Of a stretch of 64,000 nt of DNA, positions 1-12,405 are shown piece after piece. Under the pieces are notes generated by a model, which saw nothing but the letters and a program-made list of their open reading frames with translations, did no database searches and was not told the DNA's origin. Numbering within the stretch: position 1 is the first letter of the stretch; the number at the start of each line of letters is the position of its first letter. The stretch spans positions 1,922,001 through 1,986,000 of the forward strand of contig CATNEN010000010.1 in the NCBI GenBank assembly GCA_950097015.1. Direction: 5' to 3'. Source of the stretch: Macrostomum hystrix (Eukaryota; Animalia; Platyhelminthes). Position numbers and translations under genes: made by a program.

Positions 1-351
1 CACTTCCGTGGGAACATGACACCCTGAGTGGGGCCGGCGGATGCCCGGCTCATGGAAACGCAGCATGATTGGATGAGACAGCCTGACACGACGAGAATCA
101 CCGGAGAGATCATCCGCTGAGATCCTCTGGCGTTCTGGCTTTCCGAGGCTTTCTTAGAATTGCTGGGAAAAACTGAAACAGGATATTGTGTCTTAGTCCG
201 AAGAATATTTTCACAATTTGAGCGGGTGGTGGTTAGAGGAATAAAATCGGCAAAAAATCTGACGTGTCGCATCCGGCAAGGCGGGGATCTGAGCATCTGA
301 GTTCTGTCTCATGAAGAAAGCTGAGACACTGAGACATGGGGAGCATGAATT

Positions 352-483
352 GCGATGGTGTGGCATGCGATGGTGTGGGATGCGATGGTGTGGGATGCGA
401 TGGTGTGGCATGCGATGGTGTGGCATGCGATGGTGTGGCATGCGATGGTGTGGCATGCGATGGTGTGGCATGCGATGGTGTGG
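352..483. repeat. 15-bp tandem repeat (GCGATGGTGTGGCAT), about 9 copies, intronic
   Basis: Direct reading; explains ORFs 211..513 and 311..523. Confidence 0.95.
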
Positions 484-728
484 TGATGTAAAAATGTGGC
501 GATGTGAAAGCATGGGGATGTGAAAGTGTGGGGATGTGAAATGTTGTTATATGTAAGTGAGAATTCTTATCTAGGGACGGAATACGCGAGTACCACCATC
601 GAAGGGTGGTGTTTAGATCGGATGTTATGAGGATATCTAGAAAACTGACTTTTCATGTGATAATTTGATCAAGCGATATTTGTTAGCGAAACGGTAGAGA
701 AGGTCAAGTACAAACTGATCTTGCTTAC

Positions 729-2257
729 CTGAACGAAGGCGGCACCATGCTCTTGTTGTCAATCTGCAGGTAGTCGTGCAGCGAGTCCAAATTCTGAATG
801 AACTTCTTCAGATCCTGGCCTAGCGTGTAGATCATCTTGTCGTAGCCGTGCTTCTTGAAGTACTTGAAGAAGTGGCTGCCGAACATCTCGTACATTTCGT
901 CCTTGGTTTTGTCTGCAGGTGGTTCAAGTTAGGTTGCTCGTATGTTAAACGGTATTGTCTTAAATTCTTGTAAAAGACGTTCAATAGGTGGGCTGAATAT
1001 CTAACATATTAACAGGTGAGTGTGAATATACAATTTGTACCTGACTGGTCTAGCAAAATATTTAACATAACATGCGCCACATTAATTAATTTTGATTATT
1101 CATCTAAATGGAGAGCAAATTAAGGTGTCAGCCAGAAGTCTCACTGAGCTCGGTCTGAGCAGCCTCCACCATATTGTAGAACAGTTGGTCCGGATAATTG
1201 TGGAAGATCAGAAAGTCGCGGCCTTCGTCTAGGGAGCAGGCGGAACTGCAACGGGAAGTAAAATTTAGGCGACCGTGATCCTGCCATGAACTCGTGCATT
1301 CATGATTTTTTATAGCATGTAAACAACTCAAGTACTGATGAACTCAAGTACTGATGAACTCAAGTACTGATGAACTCAAGTACTGATGAACTCAAGTACT
1401 GATGAACTCAAGTACTGATGAACTTGAGCGCAAGTATTGAATTCTTGAATGAGCGTAAGTATTCAAGAACACAAGCGTGCTTGAACCGAATAACCCCCGC
1501 ACTAAGTATTCATGAACGTAGAATAACGAATCAAATGAATTACTTATGAATCCTAGAGCTTTAGAATAGAGGAAAAGCAGAGTGAGGTCGTGTACAGCTG
1601 GAGCATTCGATTTCGTATATATTCGAGAGCTCAGAAATTCAGGTAAACAAAGGGCGCCACATACAGGATACTATGGCCGTATCTATTGCCGCCAGATGCT
1701 GATTTAGACTAGTCAGGCGGACAAAAATAAACTGGAATTGTGGAAACTCGATGAATTCGAGTGGTTTATGGCCGACTTACACGATCTTCTTCCAGGCATT
1801 TTTAGTCGGCTGCTCGAGCATCATCTCCTTGAAGCAGACGTGAATGTGTCCGTACTGCAATTGAAAACAGGATGCACTGGGCTTCGAAAACACTTCACTC
1901 ATGAGCGGACCAGCTGCTCACGCTTTCGAAGCTCGTGGACAGTCAGCATCAACTTCATTTGACCTGAAAAACTCCCAGTGTTTTGTCCCACCAGCAGAGT
2001 TTTTTCTGTCTCACGCGGGTTCAATTGAAGTTGCTACGGGTGATGCAACCTTGGCTTTAATGTATTGCGCCTCGTCCATTTACTGAATCACGTGGTTAAA
2101 AAATCAAAACATCTCACGAATTCACATTTTTACCTGCATGAAAGAGCATATACAAATATTGCTACCTTAAAACATAATTAAGCTTTAAGGTTATCGAGGT
2201 ACATGCAAATCGGAGAGATTCGGGAGAGAATACCTAAATAAATAAAAAACTCACCAT
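729..2257 (-). CDS. Soluble guanylate cyclase beta-type subunit, N-terminal H-NOX (HNOB) exons; gene continues beyond the window start
   Basis: Exons 2257-2255 (ATG|GTGAGT), 1854-1781, 1245-1145 and 912-729, all GT-AG and phase-compatible. They give MYGHIHVCFKEMMLEQPTKNAWKKIVSACSLDEGRDFLIFHNYPDQLFYNMVEAAQTELNKTKDEMYEMFGSHFFKYFKKHGYDKMIYTLGQDLKKFIQNLDSLHDYLQIDNKSMVPPSFR, which has the H-NOX hallmarks MYG, GYD..I..LG, NLD.LH (proximal heme His) and PSFR. Confidence 0.92.
1325..1424. repeat. 16-bp tandem repeat (AACTCAAGTACTGATG) x6 in an sGC intron
   Basis: Direct reading. Confidence 0.95.
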
Positions 2258-3678
2258 TGTTTTGGAGCTCCTCAAAGCTGACCTTCTCGTGAAGCTCGGG
2301 CGGTGGATGAGGGTGTAATGTCCCTGGGTTCGAAGGCAGCAACAACAGCAGCAGCAGCAGTAAAGCCTCGGGTTTGGCTTTTCAATGCGAAGCAGGGATG
2401 GGAGCGCAGCGGGGTGGGGGAGATTTTCGAACCAGGTGGGCGGGACGAATTTCATTGGCTTTCAAAAGGCTCTCCAAGATGGGTGTCGCTCGCTGACTAA
2501 AGCGACTCGCCATTGCTTGTACCTGCGCCCGTGACGCTTTGATATTATCTCTTCTCTTAACTCTACTGTATTTCCACACATCCGATAAAGTTTGAAAAGA
2601 TTTTCCCATTGAACTCTCATCTTTCACGAGTTTGCTCTGTCGTTAAGTTTCTTTCGCAGCGTTATGGGTTTTACAATTAATATATCCGCTCTCATGAAAG
2701 GAGCTTCTAGCCATTGTAGCCCAGTTGGTTAGAGCTTCGGATTCTGTGACGTGGCTGTGGCGGTACAGAGCTTTAAAAGCGCCAGGCAGACGAAGACACT
2801 GATGCGCATTGAAAAATTAGTGTCATTAAAATGCGTACATTTACACCGTTTCGCCACTTTAAACTGTGAAATATATATATTTCATTTTAGAGGATTGATT
2901 TAGTATTTTGAGAGCAGAGGTGCCACTGCAGAAATGCTTCGAATGGGCACGCATGTTATGCATGCCAGCCAGACATGAGAAGCACGCGATGCGCCTCTCG
3001 CGTGAGGCCTTTTAAGTCTCGATCGGCGAAAACACGCGCCGAATGAAGCGCGAGCGAAGGCCACGGAGTTTGCAGATCAAAGGAAGAAGCGAAGACTGCC
3101 TAGTTTTCAGTTTTATAGAGAGGTTCACTTCAACGCAGAATCAATTAGGAACAGTTGAGCACCTAGGCGGGCCTTTTGGCGACCCTGGCTTTGATGTTGA
3201 AGTCCGACACTAACTACCGATCTTCCTTGCGATTTTTGCGGATGAGACGCCAAAGCTATAGAGATCGGCCTCCTTTTCGGGGGGGGTCTGCACTTACTTT
3301 GGCTGAATTATCCCCAATATGGGAGAGGATTGGAATGGACGTAGGGATCGAGGCAGTGAGCGGAAGAGGCCGCGAAGGCATGAGATTAGTTTGCCGGGGG
3401 ACTGCTTTGCTCACAAAACTTGCAACCTGGACTCGACTGTAGAAATGATCAGTGTGGGTCGTAATCAAGGCGATCAGGTTAGTTCAGCCCTTTTTATTAA
3501 ATTATTGCACTGGAAGCCACATGAGACAGATGGAAGATGTATTGCTAGTGCTAATAGTGCTAAAAGCGCAGAAAGGTAAGTACAGCGTAGCTCGTTCCAG
3601 TCACGGGTGTTGTGTCTAGCCAGGCTTATGACCGCGCGTGTAATTCAGGAGAAAATCATACATAACTCATAAAATGGT

Positions 3679-4233
3679 CACAGGATTGGGGTTCGTTTCC
3701 AGACTAAATTATACGGGAGGATAAGACAGAGGACACAGGATTGGGGTTCGTTTCCAGACTAAATTATACGGGAGGATAAGACAGGACACAGGATTGGGGT
3801 TCGTTTCCAGACTAAATTATACGGGAGGATAAAATAGAGGACACAGGATTGGGGTTCGTTTCCAGACTAAATTATACAGGAGGATAAGACTCCCGGTGTT
3901 TTGCCCCACCGGCCACAGGATTGGGGTTCGTTTCCAGACTAAATTATACGGGAGGATAAGACAGGACACAGGATTGGGGTTCGTTTCCAGACTAAATTAT
4001 ACGGGAGGATAAGATAGAGGTCACAGGATTGGGGTTCGTTTCCAGACTAAATTATACGGGAGGATAAGATAGAGGTCACAGGATTGGGGTTCGTTTCCAG
4101 ACTAAATTATACGGGAGGATAAGACAGAGGACACAGGATTGGGGTTCGTTTCCAGACTAAATTATACGGGAGGATAAGACAGGACACAGGATTGGGGTTC
4201 GTTTCCAGACTAAATTATACGGGAGGATAAGAC
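3679..4233. repeat. 53-55-bp minisatellite (CACAGGATTGGGGTTCGTTTCCAGACTAAATTATACGGGAGGATAAGACAGAGGA), about 10 copies
   Basis: Direct reading; one short interruption near 3890-3912. Confidence 0.95.
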
Positions 4234-4930
4234 GGAACAGTGAAACAACTTTCACCCCAAGTCAGCCGAAAAATCACTAGGACTCACTGCCGCACCATAA
4301 TGTATCTCTGCAGACTCAGCATCTGCTTACAGCTAACCTTGCTTCCCACAATCTACAATTTTATGGCCGAACATCGAAGCATCTATATTAGGAGCGTACA
4401 TGTTTAGCGAAAGTGTATTGCTTTAAGTAGCTTTCATATATTATATTGTTATTCATAATTATTCACTAATCTGTTAATTGCATATCACAATTTGCAGTCA
4501 GAATAAGCGCATGCATATTTAAGAGATAATTCTTGACTTTGACACACTTCAGGTGATTAATTAGTTAATTAGCGATGGCAACTCTCAACGTGGCTGTGTC
4601 ACGGACAGGGGGCGTGACTTTGCAAGGTAGCAACTCAAACACTTAAAACTCTGTGCCGTCATAAATAGGAAAATTATATAAAGAAGCTATATGATAATTT
4701 TAGCTCTGAGTTTAATTCCTAGCGGTTACAGTGGTCGGATCGTAGCATGTTTAGGCTCAGAGGCAAAAATGTATGTTTATTCGAAAAATAGTGTTCTCAT
4801 ATCCATCGCAAAAGCCGGTTAGCAATTATGGATTATGAAATATACAAGCAATTTAGAAAGTATGTGTGTACTATGTAGCAGTCTTCTCTACTTATCAAAA
4901 TGCGTGACAAAAAGCATCAAGATCAAGTAT

Positions 4931-6007
4931 TCAGTTGTCCAGCTCAGAGGAAGCTCTATAGACTCCTACAGTACCAGCCGCTGCTCCTGCCTCATACAGA
5001 AACTCGCTGGGCAGACAGTAGCTGGTCAGTAGCTTCAGCCTGGCCCGCTCAACAGCTAGCCGGAAATAATATCGTCCCGGATCTCCGACCAGAACGTCTG
5101 TGCCGCCGGCAACTGCGGCCAGCGTCCAGTCGGCGAGGCGGGCAGCGGCCTCCTCGGAATAAAACAGATCGCCAATTAGGATCACCGGCGGCGCTCGGCT
5201 GAAGGCCAAGGAGTCATGGACCGGCCAGCAACCAATCAAATCGTCAGAAAGGAACTGGATGCGCCGCTCTGATCCACTGCTCAAAACAGAACTGTTCATT
5301 CTCAGGTTGAGTCGGGCTGCCTCCAGGGCGACTGCGAACAGGACCAGAGTTCGGGATTTTCGAGAATAGAATGCTCGTAATACATTATTTGGTTGGCCTT
5401 CTGACAGTTCTTATAGCGGTGAATTAGCAAAAGTTGCATTCTTTCAAGATGTAATAATTTACTATATAAGAGTAGTAAAACAATTAATTTGAATGGTAAA
5501 ACTTTAACTTTAAAATATTACTTAAAAATACTGGAATGTTTTGATAGAGTAACATTCAGATAGGGCTAACTATCAGTCATTCACAATCTATATATCTATA
5601 TGCATACCAGGATCGATGTCATTAAAAATTACAGAAGCGGCGCCAGCAATGAGAGCTGCAATGCCGCCCGCACCGCAACCACAGCCGATGTCTATAACTG
5701 GGCGGTCCCTCACCCGACTTGGATTGTCCAGCAGGTGCCGGGCGAGAGCCTGTCCGCCAGGCCAGTAAAAGCCCCAGAATGGATCACTGAATGGCAGTTC
5801 AGAGGACGTTTCAGTAACCTCACCTGGCCTGGCATAGAATAGTGAGCAGTCTGGAGTGATGAGGCGCAGCAATAGCTCAGGTGTGAAATGCTCCCGGCTG
5901 ATTGTTGTGTGAGCAGTGATGAGGCTGATAGTCTGGTGGCTTAGCAAGCGGCTGGCAAAGTGTCTGGCCAAAGGCCCCGAATGTCTGGCAGTGATGCACA
6001 GTGGATG
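4931..6007 (-). CDS. ETFBKMT: Electron transfer flavoprotein beta lysine methyltransferase (METTL20 family)
   Basis: Exons 6007-5608 and 5331-4931 (G|GTATGC donor, TTCGCAG|TC acceptor) join as NDIDP-VALEAARLN. Motifs: DPFWGFYWPGGQALARHLLDNP, SAM motif I DIGCGCGA, ILIGDLFY, VLVGDPGR. The start codon is not found in the window (see findings). Confidence 0.93.
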
Positions 6008-7509
6008 CTGGATTGAGGTTTTAAATTAATTTATGTAGTTCTACATAGAAGTTGAATTTCATTTCTAAATAGGCCAACATTTCAGGGTACAATCAGCTTC
6101 ATTGCTTATTTTTTACTATTTTTAGATGGCAGCAAAATGTTTTACATTAAAAAAGTATACACTATTCAATACAGTTTAATTCTAACTGAAAGAGTTAACT
6201 ACTCTTATTAAAGATGTCATATTAAAAAAGAAAGGGTAAATATAAGATAAAAAATATTTTAGAAACATTTTAAGTTCAGTTTTGGGCCCAAGCATAAAAT
6301 TGTTGTATTAGAATAGTAGGCCTAGTTTTAGATTTTATGAAACCCATTAAACAGAGAAGAACCATTTTACCATTTAGCAGATAACAATGTACCCCCTAAA
6401 GCAGCGAACCAAAATTGTCCCCTAGCAGGCAACTAATACCACAAAAACCAGCAATTAATGTACTGTCTTTAGCAGTAAATCAATGTCCAGACTTAGCAGA
6501 CCATACATAAATCATGCTAGGCCTATCCCCATGCTGTATCATACTATATCCTTGCTTCTTTTCACTAAAATTAACAAAGCTAACATAGCTAGCAAATTCT
6601 ATTTTCAGTTTTTTATTTTAAAAATGTAAAAACCATTTCTATTTTAATTTTTGGAAAAAACTTATATTTTAAGCAGGATTTATATAACAGACATGAAAAA
6701 TTTTGAGATATTTACTTCATGAATATTTCACTGCATCAAAGATATAAACTCAGGTTAATAAAATACCTAGCCTATTGTAGCTCTAGTTCCTAAAAATGTG
6801 GCTGTTCGACCTATTGATAATAGAGTTGACAAACTGCCTTTTAAATTATAATCTCTGCTGAGTATAACAGTTTAAATGGTATTGATCTATACTTACTTTT
6901 CATGGAAAGAAGAGATGAAGAGAAAAGACCATATGTTTCAAAATAACGTACTAGAAAGAAGCTATGCATATATAAAATAAATACTCGTAAATATAATTTA
7001 GTACAAAATACTGAAAATAGCCAGTACAATATAGGATAGAATTTCTAGAAACAGCTTTAATATTATTAGTCTTTAAATATACAGATCTGTCACATCAGGC
7101 TTCAGCATCAACGAATTAAACAATCTAATAGTGGAGTTTCGGCAATAGAGATTGTTAAGCTTAGAATGAATCTGAGTAACATGTAAGGTAAAGAAACAGA
7201 TATATAAGTTTGTGCCTATTTCCAGTTTTCAAGTTTTTTTTACAATTTATATATATAATGTATAATCAAAGAGATATAAAAATTTGCACATATAATTTTA
7301 TCATCTAACCATGTAGAAAATTATCAAACAGTTTTTATTCATAAGAAAAATCTACAAGCATTGCAGTTTACATTTTAGATTTGTTATAACTCGTTTTATC
7401 ATTTCTTGGAAATGCACTACAAGATAGGAGATTCTGTCATACGAATAGCCAAGCTACATTCTCAATAAATGATTCGCAACAATATAATTCAAGTCGTTCC
7501 GTCTACATT

Positions 7510-7527
7510 TGGCGACCACGCCAGGAC
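7510..7527 (+). promoter_or_regulatory. LTR-retrotransposon primer-binding site, probably tRNA-Arg
   Basis: TGGCGACCACGCCAGGAC follows an LTR-type ...CTACA end (7507) after a 2-nt gap. It is complementary to a tRNA 3' end ...GUCCUGGCGUGGUCGCCA, like metazoan tRNA-Arg(UCG). Confidence 0.75.
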
Positions 7528-9520
7528 AAAAGTCGATCTGCCTTCCACTGATCAGTCAGAGATGAACAAGCGCACATCATGTGGATGGTACAAGAGGCAG
7601 ATGAGCTCCAACAATTAGGTTTGAGTAACCAGGAAATTCTGCGCGCGATGGCCGCAGCCACTGCAACCTCTGGTTTGGCGGCCAGCGAACTGGAACCCGA
7701 ACATGAGGTGAATGGGAGGCGTTATCAAGAGCTTCGTGACCTCTGTTGTGTAGTGACTTGCTATACCATACTTGCTAAACCAAAGCACCATTTTGAGTAC
7801 TTTGGTTTTGCGTTGCGTGCGTGCTACTATTAGTAAACATGTCAGTAAGTGCGAGTTATCTTTAATAGTAAACCGAGTGTTTGATATTTATCAATTGATG
7901 GGTGTTTTCAGTTTTGACAAATATAAAACACGTGCTGCGCTGAGGCAGTCAAGTTTTTTCCTTTCTGGTTGTCCGGAATGCTTCCAGGACTAAATAGATC
8001 GTGTTGACTCGAATAGTACAACAACCTCGACCCCATGCAACTCACTGTTGAGGAAGCACGCTCCCATCAGTCTCAAGCATCAGTGGTCCCAGGCCCAATC
8101 AACCATCAAGCAGCTGCACGGAGATGGGAGACTCATTCCTGTTGGATACCAGGCCTTCTGCTGCAGCTGCAGCAGCAGCAGCGGCACCTGCACAAAGACC
8201 CACTGCGCACCAAATGGCCAAGGCATGGGCTCCCTTGTCCCAAGGCAGAGCTCACCCTGACGCTGGTGCCCACAACCTGTGCATACCGGTATACCAACAA
8301 GCTATTGAGCTTCCGTCGGTGCCAAAGCCGGCGCCCTTCAACGGATCCGAGCCGTTCTACGACTTTCTGGGTCGAATTTCTTTGTACCTAGGCTAGCACC
8401 AAGGACTGAGTGACAGCAAGAACAACATGCTCAGCAGATACCTGGGGCCAGCATTCCCCACCTATGAGGTCTGGCTCTTTCAACTGTCCACGCAGCATGG
8501 ATAGCCCACTGGGACTTTGCTGTAGTTCCTGCCAGGTGCCCGCTACGAAGATCTTCTGCAGCACCTTTGTGCTCGTCATGGTGGTGCCATCAGTGCAGCT
8601 CAACTGCGGTGTGAACTTCACAGCTGGTGCCGTGGCAGGGATAAGAGGTTCGAGGATTTCCTGACTGCCCTTCAGCGGCTTGCTTTCAAGGAGTGCTTCA
8701 TCCAAGGGCTGAACGATGATTATGTAACAGAGCAGCTGGTGAACCTTCAGGTGCCTCCCACGACACCAGACCAGGCCCTAAGCTATGCCCAGCAGGTGCG
8801 CGAGAACCGGCATCTCATGAAATCCCAGTTGTAGCCACAGAGCATCGTGGCAGCAGTGGCGCCAACGCCGGCTTTCCAGGCCGTGGCTCCACTGGAGATG
8901 TTGGCCCAAAATCAGCATCAGCAACTATATCAACAGCAGCAGCAACAGTATCCGCAGCATCAGTACTAGCAGCATCGGCAGCAACAGCATTGACACCAGC
9001 AGCAGGCTGGCCCAGTACCACCATGGAGACCAGCCGGTGCTTCCGCAGCAGCTGCTTAACAGCCAAGGGCAGTGCCGATGTGCTACAGCTGCCATCAGCC
9101 TGGCGACATCAGTCGCAAGGTGCCTAAATGCTGGGGGCTGGTCCAATGGGCCAGAACTGGCCCTCACAGCACTAAGCAGTTCGGCCCTGCCCTCACGCCC
9201 TAGCTGTCAGCCTGATCAAGTGCGCCTCATCACCTCGCGCATAGTCAGAAGATGCCAGCCGTAAATGATTGACACAGGTGCCGAGATCTCCTACATCAGC
9301 GGCGACATCGTGCGATTGGCCAGGCTCAGGCGGCAGCAGCACTACCATCTATGGCGTGGGTGGCATTGAAGCAACAGTGCTGGGCGAAATTCAGTTAAGT
9401 TTTTTTCTCGGACCTATTAGATTTCGACACAGTTTCCTGTGATGTGCCAGAACAACCTGTGATGTTTGATCAGCCTTCCATATCCTGAGAAGATGAGCCA
9501 AGCTGTTCAATAACTCAGGC
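7510..9520 (+). mobile_element. Degenerate Ty3/Gypsy-like LTR retrotransposon: gag and aspartic protease, pol missing
   Basis: Gag-like PKPAPFNGSEPFYDFLGRISLYL (~8320-8390) and ARYEDLLQHLCARHGG...KECFIQGLNDDYVTEQLVNLQVPPTTPDQALSYAQQ (~8540-8830). Decayed Zn knuckle CYSCHQPGDISRKVP (~9080-9125) and protease motif IDTGAEISYI (~9268-9297). Multiple stops and frameshifts. Confidence 0.8.
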
Positions 9521-9539
9521 GCAGACAACCGATGTTCAG

Positions 9540-9745
9540 CTACAGAGAGTCCACTTCATCATTGAGCTACAATGGTTCAGCACCCTAACAAAACTGTTGC
9601 CCGTCACTGCTTGGGTGTCCCGCTTTATCAAGACAATCAAACAGAAGAGGGGAGAGCACAGTGGTGAGTTAACAGCTACGGAGTTGTTACAAGTAGAGGA
9701 CTGCTGGATCAAGTCGCTGCAGGCACGAGATTTTAGTTTGGACAT
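9540..9745 (+). mobile_element. Bel/Pao pol fragment (region between RNase H and integrase)
   Basis: IELQWFSTLTKLLPVTAWVSRFIKTIK...LTATELLQVEDCWIKSLQARDF matches the Bel/Pao pattern ..RYSSL.RLLRVTAYVLRFI...LT.EEL..AE..WIK..Q..F. Confidence 0.7.
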
Positions 9746-9789
9746 GAAAGCGGACAAGGGATTTAATTCCAGTGTTATCAACAAGTTGG

Positions 9790-10050
9790 CCCTTGTTGGA
9801 CGGTTTTCACTTCACAATTTCATCAAAATGGCAATGCCAACAGTCATGACAAATGAGCTACAATGTCAGTTCAGTAGGCATGGCATGGAAGTGACAAAAA
9901 ATGAGCTTAATTGGCCCCCTAGAAGATGCTATTTGCCTAGCAGCACGCACAGCTTTTCCAGCAGCAACTGATAGAGAAGTCACAGAAGCCATCATGAATT
10001 CTTTCAGTTTCAAGAATGCTGCAGACCAAAATGGTGGACACAAGAGACGT
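9790..10050 (+). pseudogene. DUF4806-like domain fragment (transposon-associated), frameshifted
   Basis: LHNFIKMAMPTVMTNELQCQFSRHG / KMSLIGPLEDAICLAARTAFPAATDREVTEAIMNSFSFKNAADQNGGHKRRR across two frames resembles the DUF4806 pattern ..MTNELA.QFSW.G..K..F...AT.KEIE.AIK.WL..A.DR.GG.KRR. Recognised by eye only. Confidence 0.6.
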
Positions 10051-11126
10051 CGTACCTCCTTAGAGACTATGTGAACTGTGTGAAGTATTGACAATTAATC
10101 ATTAGTTTTTTGTGTTAAGAAGACAAATATTAATGTTTGTAGCAAGCAACATGCTTAGAATTGAATGTGATTGACCTTTGACCTATTGTACTTGAACAAA
10201 TTTCAGTCTTATTTACACAGAAGTCTATCTTTTAGTTGAAGGTAAAACTGATAGTACTTAAAGAGAGCTAGAGAGTTTAATAAATGTCTTTAGACAAATA
10301 TTGTTAAAAATATTTCACTTGCTTTCCCAAGGCCCTTTTTACCACTTTCACTTTGGATAGATAGTACAAAATTGAGTAATTTATGCCAGTTTTTTATTCT
10401 CTGTGTAAATAGTGTCTGTCTTCTTTTTCTGGCTTAAGAAATCAAATATTTGTGGCTTCTTTGCTTTATGTGTCATATGTTGCATAAGAAATGCTGGTTA
10501 CTTACTTCACATGTGGACAACTTAAAAACTGCCTTAACTTTACAATGCGAATATATTAGTTAGGCCTAGGCCCTATTGCATTTTTAGCTGAAGTTTTTCG
10601 ATGATTATAAACATAAGAAATAATACAAACACATTCAGTGAGGTGTGTTTTGAGTTGAGATTTTTGTAGCTGTCATTTTTAATAAACCGGTCTTTGTATT
10701 TTTTTACTTGCTTGGATTATCAAATTTGTTTTATTTTATGAAAAAAATGATTAGACATTTTTTTGTGAAAATTAACAATTTAATAAATTGTGTGTCGCAA
10801 GTCCGTCGATTTTTTTTAATTTTATTAGCAATAATGATATTATCGGAACGATATATAAATTATAAGTATTTCATCTGTTAGAAGTCTTATTATTAGTCCT
10901 TAATTAATCAGTTATTTAGGTTGTCAGTAGTTATTAGGCCTAGTTAAACTGTACATAATTGTGCTGAATCTAGTACAAAATGCTTTAGAAGTTCCAGGGT
11001 TAGAATTTCCATGTAACTTAGAAGTTTTAGTTGTTGCCACATAAATTACCAAATGTGTGACCTGAAAATGTGTTCCTTGCATTTGACATAATTTTGCTTT
11101 ATTATGTGAATTTAAAAATGGAAGTG

Positions 11127-11866
11127 CTTATTCCCACAGTCCAGTGCCAATAATTTCAATTTTATCAACATGGATCCATGCCTATAATTTTCTGCTAATC
11201 CACACGGCAGCTTGTCTGAATAGGTCTACAACTCTTTATATATGCCATTCTCTTAATTTCAATTTTATCCACACAGATCTGTGCAGATAATTCTCTGCCT
11301 ATCCACATGGCATCTTGTTTTGCCAATAACTTTAAGAACTTAAGGCACATATTTTACAGGAACTGTGTAGCAATTTTCATGTAGGCCTACTATATACAAC
11401 TGGCCATCCATGTTTTCCAGAACCTACAGTACCTGTAGTAGGGCCTCTTTTAATTACAAGCAATGCACACATTAACTTTCAAATAATCATTCATTTCGAA
11501 TAATATGTAATGTTGCTAACAATTGCATGAAGAATTGTGCTGACATTTGTATTGCACAGGCTCTTGAAATATGATAAGATGCACATGCACAAATGACACT
11601 TCTGACTTATTACCATATGAAAATAAGGTTTCAGAAACTTGACAAAAGCATGTCAGTTGTTCTCGTTCTGCGCTTTCCTCTGCAAATTCCTTTGGACTTA
11701 GATGTTTAATTCTTGAGAGTTAAAACTGTGTACTAATGCTTTTGCTAGACAATTTTCTTAGTTCTAGACCTATTCATATAAGCTGCTGTGTGGATAAGCA
11801 GAAAATTATTGGCACAGATCCATGTGGATAAAATTGAAATTATCTGCACTGGACTGTGGGAATAAG
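11127..11866. mobile_element. MITE-like foldback element with ~87-bp imperfect terminal inverted repeats
   Basis: 11127-11214 (CTTATTCCCACAGTCCAGTGC..ATAATTTCAATTTTATC...GCAGCTT) is the reverse complement of ~11780-11866; an internal partial copy lies near 11255-11310. Confidence 0.75.
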
Positions 11867-12226
11867 CTCTGCCTTAAAAAATATGCACAACTGTGCAGCA
11901 TTAAAGCTTTTAGAATTATCTATAGTGGAAATTATTTGTCAATAGGCAAAATTTCAATTATTTAATTGTTACTATTTGACAATTTTCATTAATTGATTTC
12001 TAATTTCTAAGATTTCTGATAAAAAACTAGAACAGTTTTTTAGTTTTATTTTTATCTTTTTGCTGACTATATTGTTTTATTTTTAGCATAAGTAAATATT
12101 TGTTTCTTTTTGCATATGTTTAGACTAGAACAAAGAATATTAAAGTTGGCTTTGTTTTTTTCATTAGAATGATTTTTTCTCCTTCCTTTTTAATAATATA
12201 AATTAGAACTATATTATATGTTTTTC

Positions 12227-12284
12227 TATATATATATAACTATATATATATATATATATATATATAACTATATATATATATATA
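12227..12284. repeat. (TA)n microsatellite with AC interruptions
   Basis: Direct reading. Confidence 0.95.
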
Positions 12285-12405
12285 GCCTAAGGAACTAATA
12301 TTAGTACTAATGTTCATCAATACTAAAACTATAAATCATTAAACACAAACTATTTCATCAATCTGAAATATACTAATTCCTTCACCTATAGCTACTACTA
12401 ATAGC

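Noticed and set aside
1-340. Possible further sGC exon
   Set aside because: No frame gives the expected post-PSFR H-NOX sequence (L.LHY.S.R.G).
3176-3579. Cluster of 70-88 aa ORFs upstream of the sGC gene
   Set aside because: Non-ATG or low-information ORFs with no motifs and no consistent splice sites.
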